Assembly: GCA_019636735.1 (NCBI GenBank)
Contig: JAHBWY010000005.1
Location: 28,117-92,116 of the forward strand
Length of the DNA stretch: 64,000 bases
Direction of reading: 5' to 3'
DNA from: Phycisphaeraceae bacterium
GTDB lineage: Bacteria; Planctomycetota; Phycisphaerae; Phycisphaerales; SM1A02
Shown here: piece by piece, positions 45,413-54,103 of the stretch
Position numbering within the stretch: the first letter of the stretch is position 1
Layout of the letters: each line of letters starts with the position of its first letter
Program-made: the position numbers and the translations under genes
Notes under the pieces: model-generated
Databases searched by the model: none
What the model was told of the DNA's origin: nothing
What the model saw: only the letters and a program-made list of their open reading frames with translations

Positions 45413-46959
45413 GAGGGCCGCCAGTTCGCCTTGAAGGTCTTCAAGGCGCTCATGAACTGATCCTCAAGACCCTTGAAGCTCTTCTTCTCCGCAAGCTGAT
45501 CCCGCAGGGGCTTGCCCGGACCCTGGAAGTACTCCAGGAGATCCGCTTCGCACCGGGACACCTTGTTGAGCGCGACATCGTCCATGAAGCCCTTGCTTGC
45601 CGCGAAGATCGAGATGACCTGGTCAATCGCGTCGTAGGGGGCGTACTGACCCTGCTTGAGCAGCTCCACCATGCGGGCACCGCGATCGAGCTGGCGCTGC
45701 GAGGTCGGATCAAGCTCGGTTCCGAGCTGGGCGAAGGCTTCAAGCTCGCGATAGGCCGCAAGATCGAGTCGCAGCGAGCCCGCGACCTCCTTCATCGCCT
45801 TGATCTGCGCGTTGCCTCCGACGCGGCTCACCGAGATGCCCGCGTTGATGGCAGGCCGGATGCCGGCGGCAAAGAGCTCGGGCTGAAGGTAGATCTGCCC
45901 GTCGGTGATCGAGATGACATTGGTGGGGATGTAGGCCGAGACATCGCCTTCCTGCGTCTCGATGATCGGCAGCGCGGTGAGCGAACCGCCGCCATTCTCA
46001 CTTGAGAGCTTGGTCGCGCGCTCGAGCAGGCGCGAGTGCAGGTAGAAGACATCGCCCGGGTACGCCTCGCGGCCCGGCGGTCGTCGCAGCAGAAGCGAAA
46101 GCTCGCGATAGGCGACGGCCTGCTTCGAGAGGTCGTCGTAGACGCAGAGCACATGCTTCGGGGTCTTCCCCTCCTTGCCCTGCCACATGAAGTACTCGCC
46201 GATCGCGCAACCCGCGTAGGGCGCGATGTACTGAAGCGGTGCCGACATGCCTGCGGTCGCAGCGACCACGATCGTGTAGTCCATCGCGCCGTACTTCTTC
46301 AGCGTCTCGACGACACCGGCGACGGTCGAGTCCTTCTGACCGACGGCGACATAGATGCAGACGACCGCGTCGGGCGTGCCCCAGAACGCCTTCTGGTTGA
46401 TGATGCAGTCGAGGCAGACCGCGGTCTTGCCTGTCTTGCGGTCGCCGATGACCAGCTCGCGCTGACCACGGCCCACGGGAATCATGCTGTCGACGGCCTT
46501 GATGCCGAACTGGAGCGGCTCCTTCACCGGCTGGCGCTCCTTGATGCCGGGCGCCACGATGTCCACCTTCATCGATGCGCTCGCCTTGATGGGCGGGCCG
46601 CCGTCAAGCGGATTGCCGAGTGGATCGATGACGCGACCGAGGAGCTCCGGACCAGCCGGCACTTCGAGCAGGCGGCCGGTCGATCGAACGACATCGCCCT
46701 CGCGGACGGTGGTCGCCTCGCCGAAGAGCACGGCGCCGACGGTGTCGGTTTCCAGGTTCATCACCTGGCCCATGATGGTGCCGCCCTCGGTCTCGAACTC
46801 GATGAGCTCGCCCGCCATGACCTTGCTGAGGCCGTAGACGCGGGCGATACCGTCACCCACTTCAATGACCTGTCCGACCTCGCTGATCTCCAGTTGGCTT
46901 GAGAACTGCTCGATCTCACGCTTGATGACGGAGGTGATCTCGTCGGTCTTGATCTTCAC
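45409..46959 (-). CDS. atpA: F1 ATP synthase subunit alpha
   Basis: 516 aa. Walker A GDRKTGKT and conserved alpha-subunit blocks throughout. Confidence 0.97.
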   Translation of the reverse strand: MKIKTDEITSVIKREIEQFSSQLEISEVGQVIEVGDGIARVYGLSKVMAGELIEFETEGGTIMGQVMNLETDTVGAVLFGEATTVREGDVVRSTGRLLEVPAGPELLGRVIDPLGNPLDGGPPIKASASMKVDIVAPGIKERQPVKEPLQFGIKAVDSMIPVGRGQRELVIGDRKTGKTAVCLDCIINQKAFWGTPDAVVCIYVAVGQKDSTVAGVVETLKKYGAMDYTIVVAATAGMSAPLQYIAPYAGCAIGEYFMWQGKEGKTPKHVLCVYDDLSKQAVAYRELSLLLRRPPGREAYPGDVFYLHSRLLERATKLSSENGGGSLTALPIIETQEGDVSAYIPTNVISITDGQIYLQPELFAAGIRPAINAGISVSRVGGNAQIKAMKEVAGSLRLDLAAYRELEAFAQLGTELDPTSQRQLDRGARMVELLKQGQYAPYDAIDQVISIFAASKGFMDDVALNKVSRCEADLLEYFQGPGKPLRDQLAEKKSFKGLEDQFMSALKTFKANWRPS

Positions 46960-47007
46960 GGGAAGCCTCGTGTTCTGTTCGAAAGTGGCGGAACGGGTTC
47001 AGTTGGG

Positions 47008-47610
47008 TCAGGTGAGAAAACTGCTGAGGTCGCGGCCCAGTCCGGATTGACCGCGCTCGTGCAGGTTGCTGGCCAGTCGGCGGAGGCGCGTGGCCACGGA
47101 GCCGTCGATGAGCTGATCGCCCACGCGCAGCTTGACGCCCCCGATCATCGCGGGGTCGGCGTAGCTGTGAAGCACGGGCTCCTTGCCGAACGCCGCCTTC
47201 ACGCGCTGCACGATCGCGCTCTCGACGGCGGGTTCAAGTCGCCCACCGGTGGTGGTGAAGACATCGACCTCGATTCGGCCGAAGCGCTCCTGCACCATCA
47301 TGTCGTAGGCGTCGGCGATCGACTGGAGGTGACCGCTGCGATCATGCTCGTTGACGACCAGCAGGAAGCGCAGCGTCAGTTCGCTCACGCGACCTTCAAA
47401 GATCTTCCGAAGGGCGGTGCCGCGGGCGTCACGCTCGACGATGGGCGAAGCGAGGAACTCCCGCAGCTTCGCGTCACCGCGGACGAGCTCGGCAATCGCT
47501 TCGAGCTCCGACGCCGACTCCGCGATCTTCGCCTCGCCGCCGGACTTGTCGGCCAGCTCGAAGAGGCTTCTCGCGTAGACCTTGGCGATCTCGTCGACTT
47601 GGGTGGGCAT
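47008..47610 (-). CDS. atpH: F1 ATP synthase subunit delta (OSCP)
   Basis: 200 aa, N-terminal ...IAKVYARSLFELA..., positioned between atpF and atpA. Confidence 0.85.
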   Translation of the reverse strand: MPTQVDEIAKVYARSLFELADKSGGEAKIAESASELEAIAELVRGDAKLREFLASPIVERDARGTALRKIFEGRVSELTLRFLLVVNEHDRSGHLQSIADAYDMMVQERFGRIEVDVFTTTGGRLEPAVESAIVQRVKAAFGKEPVLHSYADPAMIGGVKLRVGDQLIDGSVATRLRRLASNLHERGQSGLGRDLSSFLT

Positions 47611-47646
47611 CGGGAGGGGCGGTGAAAGGGAACGCCTTCAGCGGAT

Positions 47647-48174
47647 TCAGTTCCGACTGCCGGCAAGGTTCTGGAGGGACTCTTCGACCAGGCGCTTCTG
47701 ATCGTCGGGGCTGGCGGCGATCTCCCGCTTCAGGATCTGACCCGCGATCTGCGTCGCGAGGGAGACCGCGCGATCGTGGACTTCCATGATCGCCTGGCGC
47801 TTGGCACCCTCGATCTCGGCGGTGGCTCGCTGCAAGCGCTCCTGAGTTTCCTGCTCCATGCGGGCCCGAAGGGTCTCCGCCTGGCGCTGCGCCTCGGAGC
47901 GAGCCTGCGCGATGAGCCGGGTCGCCTCTTCGCGGGCTTCGCCGAGCTTCTTCTCGAACTCCGCCTGCGCGGCCTTGGCCTGCTTGCGGGCATCCTCGGC
48001 GGCCTTGATCTCGCCGAGAATCTTGTTGTTCCGCTCATCGAGACCCTTCACGATCACCGGCCACACCTTCAGGTAGAGGAACCCGAAGGCGACCAGGAAC
48101 ACCACGATGGCCGTGGCCGAGATGAGCGTCTCGATCTGCGTCAGATCGGCGGCAAGCAGGAGTGGCTGAGGCAC
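47647..48174 (-). CDS. atpF: Fo ATP synthase subunit b
   Basis: Single N-terminal TM helix followed by a long charged Ala/Glu/Arg/Lys helix; operon position. Confidence 0.85.
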   Translation of the reverse strand: MPQPLLLAADLTQIETLISATAIVVFLVAFGFLYLKVWPVIVKGLDERNNKILGEIKAAEDARKQAKAAQAEFEKKLGEAREEATRLIAQARSEAQRQAETLRARMEQETQERLQRATAEIEGAKRQAIMEVHDRAVSLATQIAGQILKREIAASPDDQKRLVEESLQNLAGSRN

Positions 48175-48285
48175 GAGAGAACTCCTTGATCCGGTGCGGC
48201 GCTCGCGTCAGCGCGGCGCGAAACAACGAACGCCTTGGAGCGATCGGCGCTATGCAACGCGCCGATCGCCCCACGGCGACATCAC

Positions 48286-48603
48286 TCAAAGGCTGGTGAA
48301 CGCGAGCAGACCCACGACCACGCCGAAGAGCGCGACGCCTTCGACGAGAGCGGCCGTAATGATCATGTTGAGGAAGATCTTGCCGCTCGCTTCCGGCTGG
48401 CGGGCGATCGACTCGACCGCGGCGCTGCCGATGCGACCGACGCCCCAACCTGCGCCAAGCACGGCGAGGCCGGCGGTGAGCCCCGCGCCAAGACCGGTGA
48501 GGTTCATTGCTCCACTGGCGGTGCTGGGTTCCGCAGCAGCGGCGGTCCCACTGGCGGCGAGGGCGGCGAGGGCGGGAAGGACGAGCATGGTGAGCTTCTT
48601 CAT
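48286..48603 (-). CDS. atpE: Fo ATP synthase subunit c, with signal-peptide-like N-terminal extension
   Basis: Core ...GLAVLGAGWGVGRIGSAAVESIARQPEA...ALVEGVALFGVVVGLL, with the carboxylate Glu in helix 2. Start at MKKLTMLV (48603); the alternative Met MNLTGLG (48507) gives a canonical 73-aa protein. Confidence 0.85.
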   Translation of the reverse strand: MKKLTMLVLPALAALAASGTAAAAEPSTASGAMNLTGLGAGLTAGLAVLGAGWGVGRIGSAAVESIARQPEASGKIFLNMIITAALVEGVALFGVVVGLLAFTSL

Positions 48604-48730
48604 GACGCGTATGGCTCCTGGTGCCTTGGCTGAATCGAAATCGATCGTTGGTGCGAGAGTTTCGGACGATCGGCCTTCAGGCCGACATGCCCCGAAGGGG
48701 CGAACATGGTAGTGGAAATCGGGCGTTGGT

Positions 48731-49693
48731 TCAGTGGGCGTGGACCGCGGCGGGCTGAGCGTGTCCATGCTCCTCGTGGCCATGGTCCTCATGGCCATGC
48801 TCCTCGTCGTGGTGGCTCATAGTGCTGATGAAGACCGCCGTCAGGAACATGAAAATGAAGGCCTGGAGGACCGCCACGAAGACCTCGAGGAAGGTGATCA
48901 GCACGGCAAAGATGCCGGAGACGACGGTGATTCCGCCGACCCCGAGCAGGCCCATGCCGCCCTGAAGGGCCATGGCCCCGAACATGAGCAGCGTCGCCAG
49001 CAGGGTGTGGCCGCCCACCATGTTCGCAAAGAGACGAATCGCGAGCGCCGCGGGCTTGATGAAGAGGCCCATGAACTCGACGACGAAGATGATGGGCACC
49101 ACGAGCCAGAGGCCCTTGGGCCCAACCAGCAGGTCGCGGCCGCCGCAGAGATGCTCGAGCCATCCCTTCACGCCAAGCTCCCGGAAGGCGTGCATCTGGA
49201 TCGCAATGAAGGAGAAGATCGCCAAGCCCGCCGTCACCGAGAGGCTGGCCGTGGCAGTGCCGCCGAAGAAGACCCAGTCCGCTCCTTCGGGCGTCTGCAC
49301 ACCGACGAGGTTCTTGAAGAGGGTCTGCACATCGATCAGCGGGATCAGACCGAGCAGATTCAGCGTGAGAATCAGGAAGAACTGCGTCATCAGGAACGGC
49401 AGGTAGCGCCGCGCGGTGGCCGCACCAAGCACCGGGGTGAGCATCTCGTCGCGGAGATAGACCACCAGCGTCTCGATGAGTTGCGCCAGCCGTCCCTTGG
49501 TGATGTAGCGCTCGTTGCCGAGACTCTCCGGCCCCGTGGCGATGCGCTTCGCGGCGTGGGAGAGGGCCCAGATGGTCAGCGCTCCTCCGACGATCAGCAT
49601 CACCATGCTGATCGAGATGAACTGCGACCCAAAAACCTTCTTGTCCACCACATGGTGGAGGGGATCAAGTCCGGCGAGGAAGAGGGCGTTCAT
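48731..49693 (-). CDS. atpB: Fo ATP synthase subunit a
   Basis: Start at MNALFLAG (49693). Conserved Arg segment ...LAIRLFANMVGGH... His-rich C-terminal tail HHDEEHGHEDHGHEEHGH. Confidence 0.9.
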   Translation of the reverse strand: MNALFLAGLDPLHHVVDKKVFGSQFISISMVMLIVGGALTIWALSHAAKRIATGPESLGNERYITKGRLAQLIETLVVYLRDEMLTPVLGAATARRYLPFLMTQFFLILTLNLLGLIPLIDVQTLFKNLVGVQTPEGADWVFFGGTATASLSVTAGLAIFSFIAIQMHAFRELGVKGWLEHLCGGRDLLVGPKGLWLVVPIIFVVEFMGLFIKPAALAIRLFANMVGGHTLLATLLMFGAMALQGGMGLLGVGGITVVSGIFAVLITFLEVFVAVLQAFIFMFLTAVFISTMSHHDEEHGHEDHGHEEHGHAQPAAVHAH

Positions 49694-49707
49694 GGTGACG
49701 GTCTGAA

Positions 49708-50289
49708 TCAGGAAGCGGGCGGTTGGCGGGCGTTCGCATCGGCCGCCGCAAGCGATCGGGCGATGCTCCTGGCCGCGATCGCGACTTCCGCCGCGAGACA
49801 CGCCAAGTAGGTCCCCGCCAGCGACAGAAGGAAAACATCCGTTCTGCCGGGGATCGCGGAGTATACAGCGAGCCCCGCAATCGGCGTGAGCAGCAGACGC
49901 CCCACGGTGCTGCCGAGCCAGATCGCAGCCCAGGTTCCCGCCGCCCGCACGCGCCACGGCTGAATGGCCGCCAGAATCGGGACCGCTGCCAAGATGGCTG
50001 CCAGCGAGCCCGCGAGACTTGCGGTCACCGGATCGATGGCGGCCGTCGCGTCCCCTGTCCCCGTGGCCGCGGGCGAGCCGACGATCCGATGGGTGATCAG
50101 CGCCGCGAAGGTTGCCGCGCCGACACCCGCCAGCAGCACCGCCAGCACAATGGCCCCCGAAGCTAGCCTGATCCGCGGCTCGCGTGGGTCGGCGGCGAGT
50201 GAACCGATCATGCCCGACCCGCCGCGCGGCGAAGGCGCTGGCGCGTCTCGGTCCGATGGGTGATCGGCGCGGTCGTCTTGCTCACTCAC
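49708..50289 (-). CDS. Hypothetical 4-TM membrane protein in the atpI position
   Basis: Hydrophobic helices after a charged N-terminus. Located between the atpZ-like gene and atpB. No diagnostic motif recognised. Confidence 0.45.
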   Translation of the reverse strand: MSEQDDRADHPSDRDAPAPSPRGGSGMIGSLAADPREPRIRLASGAIVLAVLLAGVGAATFAALITHRIVGSPAATGTGDATAAIDPVTASLAGSLAAILAAVPILAAIQPWRVRAAGTWAAIWLGSTVGRLLLTPIAGLAVYSAIPGRTDVFLLSLAGTYLACLAAEVAIAARSIARSLAAADANARQPPAS

Positions 50290-50512
50290 CGCGGCGCCTC
50301 CTCTTCTCGATCTCGTCGAGTTCCTTCATGGTCTTGATCCCCTGCCGAATGAGTGTTCCCATAGCCACGACCACGCCGAGAATGCCACCGATCATCATGC
50401 CGGTGTTGCCACCCCCCCGAAGCTTGTCCACCAGCCAGCCGATGCCAAGCCCGGCGGCGACTTCGGCGGTGCTCTGGAAGGCGATGCCCATGAGCCGGTA
50501 GCCCAGTCGCAT
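50282..50512 (-). CDS. AtpZ/AtpI-family small membrane protein
   Basis: 76 aa from Met MRLGYRLMG. Pattern ...AAGLGIGWLVDKL.G...GMMIGGILGVVVAMG... is as in AtpZ-type proteins. First gene of the atp module. Confidence 0.6.
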   Translation of the reverse strand: MRLGYRLMGIAFQSTAEVAAGLGIGWLVDKLRGGGNTGMMIGGILGVVVAMGTLIRQGIKTMKELDEIEKRRRRGE

Positions 50513-50627
50513 TTCCGCTGCGTTGGCCCTGCGATCCGCCTTCGAGGTCACGCCGCGGAGCCTAGGGCGAAGAACGCCGATCCGCACAGATCGCGTGGAT
50601 GAATCGCGGGGTATCCTTGCTGCTCCA

Positions 50628-51185
50628 ATGGCCATCCGCGACGAGGACATCATCGATGTGACCCCGACCAGGCTCAACCGCACGGAGAGCCTCTTCGTGG
50701 TGAATGTCTTCAAGGGCCTCGGCACCACGCTGAAGCATGCGCTCAAGAATGTCGGCCGCGACGGCTCGAACAAGGACACCCTCTGGGTGCTCCAGTATCC
50801 CGAGCAGAAGCGCGACGATCGGCCGGTCGAGGAAGGCGGCCAGTACCGCCCCTACTTCCGCGGCGTGCATCGCCTCAACAAGGATGAAGATGGCCGCGTG
50901 CGCTGCGTGGCGTGCTTCATGTGCGCGACCGCCTGCCCGGCCAACTGCATTCACATCGTGGCCGATGAGAGCCCCTGGCCCGATCGCGAGAAGTACCCGA
51001 AGCAGTTCGACATCGACGAGCTGCGCTGCATCTACTGCGGCATGTGCGAGGAGGCCTGCCCCTGCGATGCGATCGAACTCACGCCGCACTACGAAGTGAC
51101 GGGGCTCTCTCGCCAGGAGCTCATCTTCGACAAGGCGAAGCTGCTCCAGGTCTATGACGAGACCGTCGGCGAGAAGCCGATGTGA
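50628..51185 (+). CDS. nuoI: NADH-quinone oxidoreductase subunit I-like 2x[4Fe-4S] ferredoxin
   Basis: CVACFMCATACP and CIYCGMCEEACP cluster motifs with NuoI-type spacing and N-terminal region. No other nuo genes lie adjacent. Confidence 0.8.
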   Translation: MAIRDEDIIDVTPTRLNRTESLFVVNVFKGLGTTLKHALKNVGRDGSNKDTLWVLQYPEQKRDDRPVEEGGQYRPYFRGVHRLNKDEDGRVRCVACFMCATACPANCIHIVADESPWPDREKYPKQFDIDELRCIYCGMCEEACPCDAIELTPHYEVTGLSRQELIFDKAKLLQVYDETVGEKPM

Positions 51186-51248
51186 CCCCCGCGCGGTCGC
51201 GGGTGGCTTCGATCGCGCGGTCGTGGTTTGCAACTGTCGTGCGCGGGG

Positions 51249-52451
51249 CTACTGACCCGCGGTCACCTGGTCTCGGCCAAGGATGCCGCCGCGCGTGAAG
51301 ACATGCACGCTCGTGTTCGTGCCATCCACGGATGCCGAGCTGTAGTAGCCACCGTACACCTGCCACGGTCCGCTGCCGACCGGGGTCATCCAGAGCGACG
51401 CTCCGCCGCCCGCAACCACGGCGGCGTTCTCATCGAGCACCTTGCGGATGGGGAGCGGTCCCGTGTGACCGTCAAAGAAGAGCGTCATGGGCACGCTGTC
51501 GGCGCCCATATTGAAGTGAAGCATGCTCCCAGGGACGAAGGCGGGGTTCGTCAGGAACGGCGCATTCTGGAGCCAGCCATGCTCGATCAGTCGGCTCTTC
51601 AGTTCGGGATGAGCGCATTGCGACACCGTCGGTGACTTGAACGATGCATCGAAGTTGAAGGGGCCGACGAACGGCCCGCCCACTCCCTGATCGCTTCCGC
51701 CAAAGACCTTCGGGTGGTACATGGCGGCCGGGCTCATGATGTACGAACTGAAGCACATCCACTTGCCGTCCGCGACGAGCGTGAACGGGTGAGGGCTTTC
51801 GAGACCGGGACCCACGGCCGACATGCGTGTCCGGTCCGCCGGCGCGTAGAAGACGCGATCCATGAAGCGACCATTCACATAGGAATTGATCACCGGCGTG
51901 TTGACGAGCATGAAGGTGCCGTGGCCCACGGCCGTGCCGGCGAAACTGAACGGGTGATACATGTTGAGATTCGATTGGGACCCCGAGGTTGGGTTGTCGC
52001 AGGGCGGAAGCCAGTAGCCCCAGGTCGCCAGCGCCCCCGCAGGTGGATAGGTGCCGCCGAAGCCGAGAATGAGTGGCGGCAGGCAACCGAAGAGCGCAAT
52101 CGCCTGCGGATAGCTGTTGCCGGAGAGCGCGAACTCGTCGTGGATGAAGGTCGGCTGCCGATCACTCCAGCTTGCGGCATAGGCCGCGTGCGCAGTCGCT
52201 TGCACGCGAAGATTCGCAAGTGACGCATGTTCCATGCTGCGGGAGCGCGCTGCGCCGACCAGAACGAGCACCACGGCGCACGACGCAAACGCCGTTGCCA
52301 GGGTCGCCACCAGCTCCGCGCTGGTGAACCCGCGATGGGCTCGCGCGCCGGAGGGCCGCAGTGAGCCTTGCACTGGAGGCGAGCGCTCCTGCTGCCGCGC
52401 AGAGAGGTTCGAACCTTCACGATTCACGGTGAGTTCATGGCCCATGTGCAT
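51249..52451 (-). CDS. Prepilin-type N-terminal domain / DUF1559-like protein
   Basis: RGFTSAELVATLATAFASCAVVLVLV methylation-site-like segment and a C-terminal ...LFFDGHTGPL motif, as in planctomycetal DUF1559 proteins. Confidence 0.6.
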   Translation of the reverse strand: MHMGHELTVNREGSNLSARQQERSPPVQGSLRPSGARAHRGFTSAELVATLATAFASCAVVLVLVGAARSRSMEHASLANLRVQATAHAAYAASWSDRQPTFIHDEFALSGNSYPQAIALFGCLPPLILGFGGTYPPAGALATWGYWLPPCDNPTSGSQSNLNMYHPFSFAGTAVGHGTFMLVNTPVINSYVNGRFMDRVFYAPADRTRMSAVGPGLESPHPFTLVADGKWMCFSSYIMSPAAMYHPKVFGGSDQGVGGPFVGPFNFDASFKSPTVSQCAHPELKSRLIEHGWLQNAPFLTNPAFVPGSMLHFNMGADSVPMTLFFDGHTGPLPIRKVLDENAAVVAGGGASLWMTPVGSGPWQVYGGYYSSASVDGTNTSVHVFTRGGILGRDQVTAGQ

Positions 52452-52454
52452 GAT

Positions 52455-53933
52455 TCAACTCCACTGCCCAAGAAGGAGGGCGAGGTCAGCGCCATCGACA
52501 ACGCCATCACCATTGAGATCGGCAATGGTGCCCGGTGGCGCCGCTCCCCATGATCCAAGGAGGATTGCCAGGTCGGCACCGTTGACCACGCCATCACCGT
52601 TGAGGTCGCCCGCGATGAGTGTCGTCACGATGACGCATCCTTCGAAGCTCTCCTTGTCGTCGGAGGTGCCCGGCGCCCCGATGACCAGCGTTCCGCCCTT
52701 GAGCGCGAGCGCCGCGCCGAAGTCCGTATCGGCTGCACCAAGGCGCGTATCCACATGGTGCCACGCACCCCCGATGAACTCGAAGATGAAGACCGCCGCG
52801 GTCTCTCCCCCCCGCGCCTCGCCGAACTCGACGGCGCTGATGGCCACGCGGAGGCCGTCGATGGCGACCGCTCTCCCGAATCCTTCGCAGAAGATCTCAT
52901 TTGGCGCCTCGAGTTCGGCTTCAAGCGACCAGAGGTCCCCAACCCGACGATAGATGAACGCCACCCCGCGGCGGGGCTGCGCCTGCATCTCAGTTGCGGG
53001 TGACCCGACGATGATGCGCTCCTCATCCATGGCGAGCGAGAGCCCATGCCAGTTGCTGAGTTGCGGATATGGAGCTTGCAGCGTGGTGAAGGGCGCCCAC
53101 AGCGATTCCCCCGTGCGTTTGAAGATGCGCACAGCCGCATGCAGCCCGAGTTGCGCACTGAGGTCAACGGCGCCTGCGGCGGCCCAGCCAGAGTTGATCG
53201 CGACCACATCGCCGAGGCTCGTGGCGCTTCCAGCCGCAGCGGGGAAGGCCTGCATCGCGCTCACCACCCCATCATCGATCCGCAGGAACTGGACGGCGGC
53301 GCTCTTTGAACCGGGCCGCCCGGCCACGATCCACCCGTGCGACATCGCCACGGAAGAGCCGTAACGATCGAAGTTCGGCGTGACGGATTGAGTGAAGAGC
53401 GAAACATGCGTGTCATCGGCGTTGAGGCGGAAGACCTGGACCCTGCCGCGCATGTTCCCAAACGGCGCCTGTTGCGGGATCACAAAGCCAGGCGACCCGA
53501 TGACCACGATGTCGCCATCAACGGCGATCCCCGCTCCGAACTCGGAGCCGTGCACAACGCTCTCCTGAATGGTGCTCTGCACCTGAGTCCACACTCCGTC
53601 GGGGGAGCGACGAAAGAGCACCACCAAACCCTTCAGACCCGGCTCGCGCCGAGTCACCGGCACTGCCAGCACCGAGTGGCCCAGCGCCAGATGCGATCCA
53701 AAGAAGTCCCGCGGCTGAGCGCCGGGTGCGCGAAGCACCTGATCAGCGCCTGCGACGGCTGTCGCGGCGCCGAGCGTCGTGACGGCCAGAGCGCCCAGGA
53801 GTCCCAACGGGGTGCGTTGATCCGGCCGGCGGACCTCGCCGACTCGACTCATGACGCCCGCCAACGAAGCAGGGTGTCCTGCATGCATGGGGCAACCTCG
53901 CAATCCAAAGTGCGGACGCCGACGCCAAGGCAT
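52455..53933 (-). CDS. Secreted FG-GAP-like repeat protein with two C-terminal dockerin-like repeats
   Basis: Repeats such as FGAGIAVDGDIVVIGSPG, FGRAVAIDGLRVAISA and FGAALALKGGTLVIGAPG. C-terminal DLNGDGVVNGADLAILLGSWG and DLNGDGVVDGADLALLLGQWS. Confidence 0.7.
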   Translation of the reverse strand: MPWRRRPHFGLRGCPMHAGHPASLAGVMSRVGEVRRPDQRTPLGLLGALAVTTLGAATAVAGADQVLRAPGAQPRDFFGSHLALGHSVLAVPVTRREPGLKGLVVLFRRSPDGVWTQVQSTIQESVVHGSEFGAGIAVDGDIVVIGSPGFVIPQQAPFGNMRGRVQVFRLNADDTHVSLFTQSVTPNFDRYGSSVAMSHGWIVAGRPGSKSAAVQFLRIDDGVVSAMQAFPAAAGSATSLGDVVAINSGWAAAGAVDLSAQLGLHAAVRIFKRTGESLWAPFTTLQAPYPQLSNWHGLSLAMDEERIIVGSPATEMQAQPRRGVAFIYRRVGDLWSLEAELEAPNEIFCEGFGRAVAIDGLRVAISAVEFGEARGGETAAVFIFEFIGGAWHHVDTRLGAADTDFGAALALKGGTLVIGAPGTSDDKESFEGCVIVTTLIAGDLNGDGVVNGADLAILLGSWGAAPPGTIADLNGDGVVDGADLALLLGQWS

Positions 53934-54103
53934 CGGCCTTCGTGAGGAGGAACTCCTCGGTCAGTACAGTCAACGAATCACGAAACGCTGCGTCGCGGGC
54001 GAAAGAGATGAAGGGGCGCCGCGAACTCCGAACCGCGTGCAGGGTATCGCTTCAAGTCTGCATGTCAAGACATCAAATCAAGAAAGGCCGGGAGTAACGC
54101 GGT

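Noticed and set aside
48734-49810. 358-aa plus-strand ORF antisense to atpB
   Set aside because: atpB on the minus strand is unambiguous, and the plus-strand translation is charged low-complexity sequence.
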